From Oligoflexia bacterium (lineage in GTDB: Bacteria > Bdellovibrionota > UBA1018), in NCBI GenBank assembly GCA_963758495.1, contig CAVWVI010000004.1:736001-800000 (forward strand): 64,000 nucleotides of DNA. The letters run 5' to 3'. A program made the translations under genes and the position numbers. How positions within the stretch are numbered: the first letter of the stretch is position 1; each line of letters begins with the position of its first letter. The notes beneath the pieces are model-generated. The model made no database searches. It saw only the letters and a program-made list of their open reading frames with translations, and had not been told where the DNA came from. This document shows positions 1-9,900 of this stretch, one piece after another.

Positions 1-182
1 TCTCCAAGTCCATCATGAACTTTTGGATACACAAACAAAACCAATACAGCCGCTTGGATTGCATTCTCTTCTGAAATCGGATCGAGATTCTGATGAACTC
101 GATTGGAATACGGATGCTCCAATTTAAGTACAGAGTCGAGAACTTTAGAAAACTCTTCCTGTGGCATTTCCAAAAGTCGCAT
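1..182 (-). CDS. Partial CDS running off the window start; probable NUDIX hydrolase (CoA pyrophosphatase-like)
   Basis: ATG overlaps the stop of the upstream regulator (TAATG). My translation is MRLLEMPQEEFSKVLDSVLKLEHPYSNR...QAAVLVLFVYP; AAVLVL is typical of the NudL-type N-terminus. The Nudix box lies outside the window. Confidence 0.45.
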   Translation of the reverse strand, partial: MRLLEMPQEEFSKVLDSVLKLEHPYSNRVHQNLDPISEENAIQAAVLVLFVYPKVHDGLG

Positions 183-1558
183 TACTTGACCCCTCTTAAA
201 TCAATGCCATATCTCTGGGCTTTACGATACAAAGTAGCTCTGTCAATTCCTAAAATCTCTGAAGCCTTTGATTTATTAAAATTCACCTCCTGAAGCACCT
301 TAACAATATGATTTTTTTCCATTTCCTCAAGCGAAGTACGAGATTGCTTGCCTACTTTTTCACTTCCCACTGAGCCTAAAGCAGACTCTCGAAAGAGCTC
401 CAAAGGAAAATCATCTGGAAATAAAATTGAAGAATTACTCATAGCAACCGCTCGCTCAATCGCATGCTCCAATTCACGAATATTTCCAGGCCATGAATAA
501 TTCATAAGCAGCTTCATGCATTCATCCGAAATATGGGATATTACTTTTTTATTTACTTCAGAATAGCGATTCAGAAAGTGTTCTACTAAGTCCGGCAAGT
601 CCTCCATTCGCTCTCGCAAAGAAGGTAAATGAATTTCAATCACTTTGAGTCGATAAAATAGATCTTCTCGAAATTTACCACTCCGCACCAACGACTCAAG
701 ATCCCGATGAGTTGCCGCAACCATTCGTATATTCACCTTACGAACTTCGGAAGACCCCACCGGCTTGATTTCACTTTCTTGCAATACTCTCAGTAATTTA
801 ATTTGAAGCGCAGGTGAAATATCCCCTATTTCATCTAAAAAAATAGTACCGCTGTTTGCTTCCTCAAATAAGCCGCGTTTATCAGAGACGGCTCCCGTAA
901 AAGATCCTTTAATATGGCCAAATAATTCAGACTCCAAAAGACTATCGGCAAGTGCGCCACAATTAATCGGAATAAATCGTTTATTTCTCCGTGGCCCGTT
1001 ATTGTGAATAGCACGCGCCACCAGTTCTTTTCCGGTACCACTTTCTCCCATAACCAAAACTGTACTGGCCGACATGGCTGCCCTGGCTAAAGTCTTATAA
1101 ACTTCCACTATTTTTGGAGATTTGCCAATTAAACTCTGAGTCGTCATTCCTAGCTGAACAGGTACAGATGATTCCTTAATTTCCCTAAGGGACTCCCAAT
1201 GCTTTGCTGCGCGCGAGACGACCATTTTGAGGTTATCGATTTTAAATGGTTTACTCACATAATCAAATGCGCCCTCTTGGATCGCTCCAATCGCACCCTC
1301 CATACTTCCAAAGCCGGTCATCAAAATCACGGCAGATTGGAGATCAGCGCGTTTTACTTCACGAAGTACGGCCATGCCATCCGTTTCTAGCATTCGAATA
1401 TCAGACAATATAATAGGGAATAACTCACGTTTAATGTATTTTACGGCTTCTTCACCGTTGATGGCTAATTGTGTTTGATAGCCTTCTTTTTCTAAAACTT
1501 CTTTAAGAAGCTTTCGGGTCACTTCATCGTCATCCACTATAAGTATTCTTAAATTCAT
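182..1558 (-). CDS. Sigma-54-dependent response regulator (NtrC/AtoC/ZraR family)
   Basis: Receiver domain (ILIVDDD, SDIRM, KPF), AAA+ domain with GESGTGKE, ESELFGH, GSFTGA, FLDEIG and WPGNIREL, and a C-terminal Fis-type HTH. Confidence 0.96.
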   Translation of the reverse strand: MNLRILIVDDDEVTRKLLKEVLEKEGYQTQLAINGEEAVKYIKRELFPIILSDIRMLETDGMAVLREVKRADLQSAVILMTGFGSMEGAIGAIQEGAFDYVSKPFKIDNLKMVVSRAAKHWESLREIKESSVPVQLGMTTQSLIGKSPKIVEVYKTLARAAMSASTVLVMGESGTGKELVARAIHNNGPRRNKRFIPINCGALADSLLESELFGHIKGSFTGAVSDKRGLFEEANSGTIFLDEIGDISPALQIKLLRVLQESEIKPVGSSEVRKVNIRMVAATHRDLESLVRSGKFREDLFYRLKVIEIHLPSLRERMEDLPDLVEHFLNRYSEVNKKVISHISDECMKLLMNYSWPGNIRELEHAIERAVAMSNSSILFPDDFPLELFRESALGSVGSEKVGKQSRTSLEEMEKNHIVKVLQEVNFNKSKASEILGIDRATLYRKAQRYGIDLRGVK

Positions 1559-3000
1559 AATATTTTGCTATGGGTCTGATAGGGTAGTTTGAGTGTTACC
1601 CGTGTCCAAGCTCCTTCCTTCGAATCGATCAGTAAATCGCCCCCATACTTATGCGCGAGCTGTTGACAAATGGTCAATCCTAAACCCGTTCCCTCTCCTG
1701 GCCGCTTAGTTGTAAAAAAAGGTTTCAATACATTTTTCAAATCAACCTTACGAATCCCCTCCCCTGTATCATAAATAGAAATTTCAGCCCACACTTTCCC
1801 TTGAACCTTACTTACAGTGGTAGAGACCTCAAGGTGTACTGGATTTCTTGGCTTAAGTTTACTTTTTACTTTAATGCTGTCTAGTGAGTTATTTAATAAA
1901 TTAAGTATAATTTGCTCTAAATCCAAAGGAACCGCCCTCACCGGCGCCATACTTCGATCAAAATTTCTTTTTACCTCGATCCCTAACAACTCTGTTCTAG
2001 GTGTCACAATATTTAATGTTTTATCGACAAGACGATTGAGATCTACCAGCTGTTTCTGGGAAGTCGGTTTGGCAGTACTTTGTAAAAAGCCCTTAATAAT
2101 TGCCTCAATTTTACTCAATTGCCCATCTACAATCTCAAAGCGTGAATTCACTATTTCCCGCACAGATAGCGGAATCTCATCCTTGAGTAATTGTAAATGC
2201 CCTCCTATTGCATTCAGTGGCGTACCAATTTCATGAGCAAAGCTAGCCGTCAATTGCCCCATCACCGCCAACTTTTCGGTAGTCACCAACTGCCTGTGAG
2301 CCTCTTGTAATTGCTCCGTAAGTTGGACGTTTTGAGACTCGGCTACTCTCAAAAGCCGATCATTAGCAATAGTCTTTCTCAAAAAATAGCCCAGAGCCAA
2401 AATTAAGGTAATCACGCTAAACCCGGCGGCAGTGGCAGTCGTCTTCCAGAGCGTACCCACAATCCGTCCTACCAACTTTGTAGATACAACTACATGTACC
2501 GTACCCAGTAGCCGCTTAGGACCTCTGGGATCCCGAGTTCGATGTTCGATAGGAACATAAATATCCCATAATCCACTGCCCGCTTCGTCTATTTTAAATT
2601 CGCTCCGCACGGTTTCCACTAAAGGATACAATTGTCCTGAAATGGAAGATTCGTCTTCATCAATATTAGTTGCAACCATACGAATGGTTCCAGTTGCCGG
2701 ATCTTTAGCAACCACATCAATTCGAACTATATCAGGCTGAGTATAAAGGATATCTTGAAGAGAATTCTCAATGGCGGGCGTAGGATTAGAAAGAGAAAGA
2801 AAACGAGAACTATCAATTTCGGCTGCTAAAGTTTTACCTGAATTAATCCCAATTTGACGAATCTCTTCTTCTAAAATAGGAAGAGTAAATTTATTTTCAG
2901 CGATCGTCACGATCAAAAATGTAGGAAGAATGACCGCTACTAATACAAGACTGATTTTAGCCTGTAAATCTAAGCGACGACTTAGACAGTTCATATACAC
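1555..3000 (-). CDS. Membrane sensor histidine kinase
   Basis: Two TM segments, H-box FAHEIGTPL, N-box, DTGEGI, PFFTTK, GTGLGL; overlaps the regulator start. Confidence 0.95.
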   Translation of the reverse strand: MYMNCLSRRLDLQAKISLVLVAVILPTFLIVTIAENKFTLPILEEEIRQIGINSGKTLAAEIDSSRFLSLSNPTPAIENSLQDILYTQPDIVRIDVVAKDPATGTIRMVATNIDEDESSISGQLYPLVETVRSEFKIDEAGSGLWDIYVPIEHRTRDPRGPKRLLGTVHVVVSTKLVGRIVGTLWKTTATAAGFSVITLILALGYFLRKTIANDRLLRVAESQNVQLTEQLQEAHRQLVTTEKLAVMGQLTASFAHEIGTPLNAIGGHLQLLKDEIPLSVREIVNSRFEIVDGQLSKIEAIIKGFLQSTAKPTSQKQLVDLNRLVDKTLNIVTPRTELLGIEVKRNFDRSMAPVRAVPLDLEQIILNLLNNSLDSIKVKSKLKPRNPVHLEVSTTVSKVQGKVWAEISIYDTGEGIRKVDLKNVLKPFFTTKRPGEGTGLGLTICQQLAHKYGGDLLIDSKEGAWTRVTLKLPYQTHSKIL

Positions 3001-3015
3001 TATTTAACACGAATA

Positions 3016-3052
3016 AATAAAAACCGGGAAACTTGTTCTAGTTTCCCGGTTT
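3016..3052 (-). terminator. Rho-independent terminator after the two small secreted-protein genes
   Basis: Stem AAACCGGGAAACT/AGTTTCCCGGTTT followed by a T-rich run on the minus strand. Confidence 0.8.
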
Positions 3053-3112
3053 CATATTTTATTCCTATTTCGTCCTATTTTGTAACGAAATAGAATAATC
3101 TAAATCCTAGCA

Positions 3113-3331
3113 TTATGAAGCTGGAGTTTCTGCTGCAGCTTTCTTCTTCTTATGTTTCTTGTGCTTATGTGATGTCTTAGGAGCTGCTTCTTTGCTCATT
3201 GCAGGAGCTTCTTTGTTCATTGCAGGAGCTTCAGGAGCTGCATTACCAGCAGGAGCTTCTGTGCCTTCAGCAAAAGCCAAACTTGTCATTGCGAATGATG
3301 CTGCGATTAATGTTACTAGTACTTTTTTCAT
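3113..3331 (-). CDS. Small secreted Ala/Pro/Lys/His-rich protein (Asr-like composition)
   Basis: AAGGAG RBS before ATG 3331; signal peptide MKKVLVTLIAASFAMTSLAFA; APAMxKE repeats; basic tail KHKKHKKKK. Confidence 0.8.
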   Translation of the reverse strand: MKKVLVTLIAASFAMTSLAFAEGTEAPAGNAAPEAPAMNKEAPAMSKEAAPKTSHKHKKHKKKKAAAETPAS

Positions 3332-3385
3332 AAATATCTCCTTAACAGATTTGTTTGTTATTAACCTACTCATAATGAGTAGATA

Positions 3386-3604
3386 TTAGGTTGTAGGGGT
3401 CGTTGCTGAAACAGCTTCAGACTTCTTCTTTGCCTTTCCGTGCTTCTTACTTTTTTTCTTTGCCTTCTTCACTACTACAGTTTTTGAAGTAGCTGGAGAA
3501 GTCACTTGAGTAGAAGTCGTTGGTGCTGCTACTTGTTCAGCAGCAAAGACCATGGATGACATCGCAAAAGTTGTTGCAATTAACGTAACTAAAGTTTTTT
3601 TCAT
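3386..3604 (-). CDS. Small secreted basic protein, paralogue of the neighbour
   Basis: AGGAGG RBS; near-identical signal peptide MKKTLVTLIATTFAMSSMVFA; Lys-rich tract. Confidence 0.8.
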   Translation of the reverse strand: MKKTLVTLIATTFAMSSMVFAAEQVAAPTTSTQVTSPATSKTVVVKKAKKKSKKHGKAKKKSEAVSATTPTT

Positions 3605-3663
3605 AACTGCCTCCTATTTATTTAATGCTCTAATGCTTTTAACCAACTCACACCTTGGAATAA

Positions 3664-3680
3664 AGCAACCTAGATGCCAA
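3664..3680 (-). promoter_or_regulatory. Sigma-54 (-24/-12) promoter
   Basis: Minus strand TTGGCATCTAGGTTGCT has GG-N10-GC spacing and is close to the TGGCAC-N5-TTGC consensus; about 60 bp upstream of ATG 3604. Confidence 0.8.
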
Positions 3681-3732
3681 TTTATAATTACTTACATTTC
3701 AATTAGTTACAATAAAAATCTATGGATTAAAT

Positions 3733-3769
3733 TGTAGCATCTCGCTACACTTTGCTGAGACTTGCGACA
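3733..3769. promoter_or_regulatory. Candidate enhancer (UAS) pair for the adjacent bEBP
   Basis: Perfect palindrome TGTAGC-N5-GCTACA (3733-3749) and a degenerate second copy TGCTGA-N5-GCGACA (3753-3769), 20 bp apart and upstream of the sigma-54 site. Confidence 0.55.
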
Positions 3770-3831
3770 CTTCTAGCGAAAACTCTGCTTTTATACTTAA
3801 ATGAGTGCCATTGAAGACCTAAACAATTCAT

Positions 3832-5079
3832 TTGCCGCAACAAGTCAGAAGAAGTAGATTCATGCTAATGCAAAAAATAATTCGTGGTCGAGTAATCCAA
3901 TTAGAAAACACTTCGCTTTCAATTCAAAACGAGCAGGGATGCTTTAAAATTCCCATCTCCTCTAGAGAGGCTCTCTCTATCGGAGACATAGTAGAAGTCA
4001 AAAATAATTTTTCATTGGGAATTGTCAACGTTCTCACTCCCAACAGCACCTCGCAAAAAACAACTCATTGGATGAAAAGAATCCTAGACCCCAGACGACT
4101 TCATGCCACTCAGATACGATATCAAGTTGAAACGGCTATTCGTGATTTCTTCCACTCTAAGGGGTTTCATGAAACTCGAACTCCTCTGATTGTGCCGTGC
4201 CCAGGAATGGAAACGCATATACGTCCATTCATGGTCAAAAGTTCCGCTCACCCCGAGAGTCTCTCCTACTTACCGACCTCCCCCGAATTTGCAATGAAAC
4301 GTCTCTTAGTCGGAGGTCTTGAAAAAATTTTTCAACTTGCGCCTGCATTTCGAGATGAGCCTCTCTCTCACACTCATAACCCCGAATTTACCTTGCTCGA
4401 ATGGTACCGCGCCTATGCCAATTATGAAGATATTATGCATGACACCGAAAATTTGTTCGAATTTTTGGCAATTCGAATATTTGGAAAACCTGCATTTACT
4501 TTTCAAGGCAAAGAAATTCAGGTCAAAACTCCTTGGCCACGCCTGAGGGTACGTGACCTCTTTCAAGAGAAAGCGGGTATAGACTTAGTGCAAAGATCTG
4601 ATGTCAATTCCTTGGCGGCAGAGTGTAAAAGACTTAACCTTCCCGTAAATGAACAAGACACGTGGGATGATCTTTATTTTAAAATTTGGCTCAATTGTAT
4701 TGAACCCCAACTTCCTCCTCATCAAGCTGTTTTCGTCACACGATACCCAGTATCTCAAGCTGCCCTAGCAAAGATAGACTCTGATTCAGATGGATCTCGC
4801 TGGGCTCGCCGCTTTGAACTTTATGCCGGTGGTATCGAACTGGGAAATGCCTTTGATGAGCTAACTGATCCTACTGAACAAAGAAACCGCTTCATAGAAG
4901 ATATGAACTTAAGAGAAAAGATCTATGGTACATCCTTTCCAAAAAATCCATTAGACGCAGAGTTTCTGGGCGCTTTGACTGAGGGCATGCCACCGTCTGG
5001 AGGAATTGCGATCGGAGTAGACCGTATGGTCATGCTCTTGGCAGATGAGCCGGAGATTTCTTATACTCAATGGCTGTAG
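3832..5079 (+). CDS. epmA: EF-P lysine aminoacylase (EpmA/GenX/PoxA); start may be slightly downstream
   Basis: YLPTSPEFAMKRLL, FRDE, HNPEFTLLEWYR, RFELY.GGIELGNAF, GMPPSGGIAIGVDR. Confidence 0.93.
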   Translation: MPQQVRRSRFMLMQKIIRGRVIQLENTSLSIQNEQGCFKIPISSREALSIGDIVEVKNNFSLGIVNVLTPNSTSQKTTHWMKRILDPRRLHATQIRYQVETAIRDFFHSKGFHETRTPLIVPCPGMETHIRPFMVKSSAHPESLSYLPTSPEFAMKRLLVGGLEKIFQLAPAFRDEPLSHTHNPEFTLLEWYRAYANYEDIMHDTENLFEFLAIRIFGKPAFTFQGKEIQVKTPWPRLRVRDLFQEKAGIDLVQRSDVNSLAAECKRLNLPVNEQDTWDDLYFKIWLNCIEPQLPPHQAVFVTRYPVSQAALAKIDSDSDGSRWARRFELYAGGIELGNAFDELTDPTEQRNRFIEDMNLREKIYGTSFPKNPLDAEFLGALTEGMPPSGGIAIGVDRMVMLLADEPEISYTQWL

Positions 5080-6910
5080 CTCAAGAATGACTATTGAGTT
5101 ACAAAGAGTGCTATCATCACTCGCAAAGAGAGGCTTCATGCGTCCAATAGCAGTCAGAATTTGGGATTTTCTTGTTATTTTATTAGTCGCTTTCCCTTTA
5201 TTGACTGGAGGAATTTGGATTTCACGGCCAGGTTTATTTATTGAGCTTTCAGACCTTGCAATTCCCGTCCTCATCGTAGGAGCATTAGGACTCCTTCTTC
5301 ATATAAGAGGTCACTCATTCGAAAAAAGCTGGGTTTTTCAGGTTTGTCTTTGCAGTTGGAAAAACTGGAAAGCTATTGTGACAAAAAATCCTCGAATTAC
5401 ATTATTTTCTGTCGCCATTTTAATTGGCTTACTATGGACGTTTGCTGCATTCAAACGCCATTGGGCCTACGGGAGCCATTACACAGACCTGGGCATTTAC
5501 CTCAATGGACTTTGGAATTTTACATTCGGTAATGGGTACCTTTGTAGTCCATGCGGAAATTTTCCTTTAATGGCAGATCACCAGTCTCCTTCATTCTTAT
5601 TTCTAGCTCCTCTCTTTTATTTATTTCCCCGCGCGGAAACCCTTCTTGCTATCCAGGCTATGGGATTAGCTCTGGGAGGCGTTGCACTCTATTACTTACA
5701 TGCTCAATACTTTTCGTCTCGTTCTGATTCACCCCCAAACGCCCCCACTCACTGGAGTCTATTTGCCTCGCCGTGGATCTATTGGGCTTACCTTCCACTT
5801 CGAAATGCTTACTATTCGGATTTTCATCCAGAAGTATTTGGTCTTGCGGTCTTACTTTGGTCTGTTGTAGGGCTTCAATCTAAAGCGACTTCAGCTAGAA
5901 TTTTTGGAATACTCGGCTTGATTTTTTCGATAGGTTTAAAAGAAGCAATGCCAGCTGTCATGGTTGCTCTCGGTATTGCATGGTATCTGGGTGCAGGCCC
6001 CTCTTCGACGCGATCCTTCACGAAAAAAATCAGTATCCCCCTGATTGTGATCAGTTTTATAGTGTTTTACATCGACCTGAATGTCATTCCGAAAGCTTAC
6101 GGCCTCATTGGCCACGAGCATCAAAATGAGTACAGCCATTTTGGCAGCGGATTAAAGAGTGTTCTTTTATCTCCCTTCACTCATCCCACTCTTTTCTTTT
6201 CTCATTTAGTAAGCGGAGACCGTTTGAAATTTCTATTTTGGACTCTCGCTCCTATGGGTTTTTTACCCCTTCTCAATCCAATAGGCTTCATCGTGGCCTT
6301 ACCTGGATATCTCCTTCTTTTTTTATCAAATGCAGAATACAGGATCACGCCCATATTTCATTATTCAATCATCCCGGCCATAGGACTTTTTCTAGCACTA
6401 CCTGTAGGAATTCAAAGATTGGAAAAATGGAAACCCATTGAAAAAGTAGCTTTATGGACGTTATTCTGGCTTTTGGCAGCAAATGGAAGAAGTGACTTGT
6501 TTCGACTCCGCAACATGGAAGTACCTCAGCATGTTCACTGGATTCAAACCCAAGTATTACCATTCATCAAACCCACGGCACAAATCGCTGTACCCGATTC
6601 ACTCCTCCCTCACCTGGCAACTCGCCGCTGGATCTACCCCATTCCCCAAATCAGAGATTCTTCAGGAAACCTCGTTCCCTGCCTTCTTTTTGACACATCA
6701 ATACATAATCTAAATGTAAATAGCTCATCCTACCTTCAACTCCTCGATTCACTTCCTGCTCTAGGATACCAAAAAATTTTTCAATGTGATGAATTCTCAT
6801 TCTACGAATTGAAGTTACTCCCTCGACATTTAGGCCGGGTCAGTCAGTGCTTGAGCCAAATTCCTACTTGTGGTCCAGCTCAGGCAAATCAGGCCGAAAC
6901 GCGCTTTTAG
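5045..6910 (+). CDS. DUF2079-like multi-TM membrane protein (putative GT-C glycosyltransferase); start uncertain
   Basis: DLGIY, DHQSP, LLAIQA, DFHPE, KE and FHYS motifs with many TM helices. Confidence 0.75.
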   Translation: MSRRFLILNGCSSRMTIELQRVLSSLAKRGFMRPIAVRIWDFLVILLVAFPLLTGGIWISRPGLFIELSDLAIPVLIVGALGLLLHIRGHSFEKSWVFQVCLCSWKNWKAIVTKNPRITLFSVAILIGLLWTFAAFKRHWAYGSHYTDLGIYLNGLWNFTFGNGYLCSPCGNFPLMADHQSPSFLFLAPLFYLFPRAETLLAIQAMGLALGGVALYYLHAQYFSSRSDSPPNAPTHWSLFASPWIYWAYLPLRNAYYSDFHPEVFGLAVLLWSVVGLQSKATSARIFGILGLIFSIGLKEAMPAVMVALGIAWYLGAGPSSTRSFTKKISIPLIVISFIVFYIDLNVIPKAYGLIGHEHQNEYSHFGSGLKSVLLSPFTHPTLFFSHLVSGDRLKFLFWTLAPMGFLPLLNPIGFIVALPGYLLLFLSNAEYRITPIFHYSIIPAIGLFLALPVGIQRLEKWKPIEKVALWTLFWLLAANGRSDLFRLRNMEVPQHVHWIQTQVLPFIKPTAQIAVPDSLLPHLATRRWIYPIPQIRDSSGNLVPCLLFDTSIHNLNVNSSSYLQLLDSLPALGYQKIFQCDEFSFYELKLLPRHLGRVSQCLSQIPTCGPAQANQAETRF

Positions 6911-7016
6911 GCTTCAGCTTACAGCTCGAACGGGAGCGCGTGCATTGGTAAGCTCCGAAACTCATAGATTGTCACAAAAAGCTTCAGAAACCCTTCCAAA
7001 TTCCGATACCAAAGAC

Positions 7017-8924
7017 ATGCGCCCTTATTTGGCAACAGCTTTATTGGCCGGAATGAGTTTGATGGGCTGTGCTGACTTATTTGCTGCTGCAGATACCTCC
7101 TGGTGCATTCGTGACCCGGCAAACCCTCCTTGCGATGGCGCGCCTGGTAAATGTACGAAAAATTTAGATGGCACTCAAGGCGGATTCGTTGCAGATACGG
7201 CAACCGTTCAGCAAAAAAGAAAAGGGCTGATGCGTAAGTCCTATAATCTGCCTTACATAGGCATCAATGTCCAAATTTGTGAGAATGCTCAAATCTACGA
7301 TCATGCGCGGATCTATGGGAATGCTGAAGTCACTCGAAATGCTTACGTCTCCGGGAATGCTCACGTCTATGGGAATGCTCTGGTCTCTGGAAATGCTCAA
7401 ATCTCCGGAAATGCTCGCGTCTTCGAGAATGCCCACGTCTCCGGGAATGCTCTGGTCTCTGGAAATGCTCAAATCTCCGGAAATGAGATTGTCCATGGGG
7501 TCACTCAGGTCTACGATAATAGGAATAGAGCCAAAGAAAAATCTCCACCTCATAAAGGTGGAAGTGAGTGCACGAAACAAGCAACTCACACTACTTCAAT
7601 AAATACCATTGAAAGATTAATGCAGTCAGTCTGCACCGAACTTTCATGCAATCCAGATGAAGTTGATCTTAGAAAAATCGACTTATCAAAAGAACAAGAT
7701 CAAAATTTCATCAATCTGATCAAATACCTTTCCAAAACACAAAAAGACGACTGCTATCAAGCCGATATAATAGAAGACTATAAAACTCTTTCAAAGTCAG
7801 TACAAGAACAGGGTTGGAATTTAGATTATTTAAATATTTATCAAATCTTGCAATACCTAAAATCGCAAAGAAAATTTTGGATTGAAACTGCTAGAGATCA
7901 TAAAACTACTATTTTTAAAAAAATCCCGATGGGTGTAAGCCGAAATAATTACGCAACCTGTTATGTTGATCCAAAAGGTGGAATCTTAATTGATTTTAAT
8001 CGTAAACTGATTGGGCAGGGCTCTTCCAAAAGGGTCTATAATATCTTTAAAATCAAATCGGGAACCTTTTCTGTTAAACCCAAAGCGCTTCTGCTCTCTA
8101 GAATATATAACGATACTCCAACACAGAAAGAAGTGAACCAGGCCCAAGACTCCCTTATGCAAGATTACGCGGTTTATGAAAAAATATCTCGGCGAAAGCT
8201 GTCGGGGAAAAGCATTGCGGGGTTACTCCATGGAAAAAAATTGCAATTGAGTAACAAAAGAGAAGCACTGATTCAATCCAAGTTCGATGGTAATCTCTTA
8301 GACCTAAGGTTGGTGAGCGAGACAATAAGCTCTCGATCCACTCCAATTACCCCTGAACAGCGCAAACTTCAAAATAAGATTTGGCTTGACGTCGCCACCG
8401 GTTTAGAGAACCTGCATGACATGGGTTTAGTTCATGGAGATCTAAAACCTGCCAACATACTATTCAATAAAAAAACTAAAACTACTGTCCTTTCAGATTA
8501 TGGACTGACTTTTGACCCCACAGAATATATTCAACACAGGAGTACAGCCATTTTTGAAGCTCCCGAAATGGTAGATCAATCAGCAACGAAGGTAATGACG
8601 AGTGTTGTTCCTAAATATCAAAAAAGAGATATTTATGCTTTGGGAATGACCATGCTGAGAGCCATTCCTGGCTATGAACAAGCTTCGCTTTGTAATTTGT
8701 GCGGGTACCTTTGGGTTGATCACGATTCCTGGGGGGCTTACGGACAGTGTATAAAACAGAAAGCCCCAAAACTTTATAATTTAGCCGTTAAGATAGCAGA
8801 ACATGCATGTGGAGCTAATAAAAACTGTACCGAGTCTATCATGGCGGACTCTCTCAATCCAAATCCTCTGCTTCGACCTACATCTGCCGAAGTCAAGGCT
8901 CGTTTAATTCCTATAGCTTTTTAA
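7017..8924 (+). CDS. Secreted or lipoprotein Hanks-type Ser/Thr kinase with N-terminal hexapeptide (left-handed beta-helix) repeats
   Basis: Signal MRPYLATALLAGMSLMGC; (V/I)xGNA repeats; GQGSS, HGDLKPANIL, DYG, APE, DIYALG, RPTS. Confidence 0.8.
   Translation: MRPYLATALLAGMSLMGCADLFAAADTSWCIRDPANPPCDGAPGKCTKNLDGTQGGFVADTATVQQKRKGLMRKSYNLPYIGINVQICENAQIYDHARIYGNAEVTRNAYVSGNAHVYGNALVSGNAQISGNARVFENAHVSGNALVSGNAQISGNEIVHGVTQVYDNRNRAKEKSPPHKGGSECTKQATHTTSINTIERLMQSVCTELSCNPDEVDLRKIDLSKEQDQNFINLIKYLSKTQKDDCYQADIIEDYKTLSKSVQEQGWNLDYLNIYQILQYLKSQRKFWIETARDHKTTIFKKIPMGVSRNNYATCYVDPKGGILIDFNRKLIGQGSSKRVYNIFKIKSGTFSVKPKALLLSRIYNDTPTQKEVNQAQDSLMQDYAVYEKISRRKLSGKSIAGLLHGKKLQLSNKREALIQSKFDGNLLDLRLVSETISSRSTPITPEQRKLQNKIWLDVATGLENLHDMGLVHGDLKPANILFNKKTKTTVLSDYGLTFDPTEYIQHRSTAIFEAPEMVDQSATKVMTSVVPKYQKRDIYALGMTMLRAIPGYEQASLCNLCGYLWVDHDSWGAYGQCIKQKAPKLYNLAVKIAEHACGANKNCTESIMADSLNPNPLLRPTSAEVKARLIPIAF
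7290..7500 (+). repeat. 18-bp-period coding repeats (hexapeptide)
   Basis: GNAxV/IS/Y units; an exact 43-bp duplication at 7371-7413 and 7443-7485. Confidence 0.85.
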
Positions 8925-8950
8925 AATTATACCGATGAACTTATTAGACC

Positions 8951-9802
8951 ATGACCCATAGAAACAAAGCTCCTAAATCCAAAAACATAGTAGACGAAGT
9001 CGAACACGAAACAGAAGAGCTCACAGAAACAATCCATGAACTTCAATGTAACATCAAAAAATTACGAGACAGTCAAGCTCAACTAGTTCAATCAAGTAAA
9101 ATGCGTGCGCTTGCGGAAATGGCTGCAGGCATTTCACATGAAGTCAATAACCCTTTAGCTATCATACAAATATTTTCTGAACAAATTCGGGACCAAATCC
9201 AAGATGGAAATTTAGATACACATTCCATTATGAATGGTTTAACAAAAATCACTGCCTCAACAACTCGAATTGCTAAAATTATAACTGGCTTAAGATCCTT
9301 CTCTCGTGATTCTGCATCGGATATTCCAAAAAAAGTCAGTGTAGAATCACTGATCGAAAGTACCCTGCTTCTTTGTGCAGCAAGATTTCAAAATCACAAT
9401 ATTTCCCTATCAGTCGTCGGGAACTTAGATCAGTTAACATTAGACTGCCGACCCCCAGAGATTGAACAAGTCTTAATCCATTTACTTCTTAATGCATTTG
9501 ATGCACTGGCCTTAGCGGCTTCAAAATCTAGTACATTCGAAAAGTGGATCAAAATTGAAGTCGCCTCAATTGAGGATGAAATTCAGATCTCAGTGGTGGA
9601 TAATGGATACGGAATACCTGACTCAATTAAAGAGAAAATTTTCCAACCCTTCTTTACCACAAAGGAGGTGGGCCAAGGTACAGGATTAGGACTGAGCATT
9701 TCAAAGGGACTTATCGAATCCCACTCAGGCTCCATTACATTAGATACTTCCTCCGAAAATACGAGTTTTAACATCCGCTTGCCAAAAACTGCAAAACATT
9801 AA
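8951..9802 (+). CDS. Soluble histidine kinase with no evident sensor domain
   Basis: Short coiled coil then [32 protein letters not shown]. Confidence 0.9.
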   Translation: MTHRNKAPKSKNIVDEVEHETEELTETIHELQCNIKKLRDSQAQLVQSSKMRALAEMAAGISHEVNNPLAIIQIFSEQIRDQIQDGNLDTHSIMNGLTKITASTTRIAKIITGLRSFSRDSASDIPKKVSVESLIESTLLLCAARFQNHNISLSVVGNLDQLTLDCRPPEIEQVLIHLLLNAFDALALAASKSSTFEKWIKIEVASIEDEIQISVVDNGYGIPDSIKEKIFQPFFTTKEVGQGTGLGLSISKGLIESHSGSITLDTSSENTSFNIRLPKTAKH

Positions 9803-9900
9803 ATAGGGGTAATTAAGAAGTTTCAGGCTACAAGTTTGGTTTTCTATTTGCCTTTTCGAGATAGATTGCATAAATATCATACCATACGGTATTTTAAATT

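Noticed and set aside
6870..7016. N-terminal extension of the kinase ORF
   Set aside because: It overlaps the upstream gene, and the signal peptide begins at ATG 7017.
7290..7500. CRISPR array or DGR repeat
   Set aside because: These are in-frame 18-bp coding repeats with no unique spacers, and no cas or reverse transcriptase gene is in the window.
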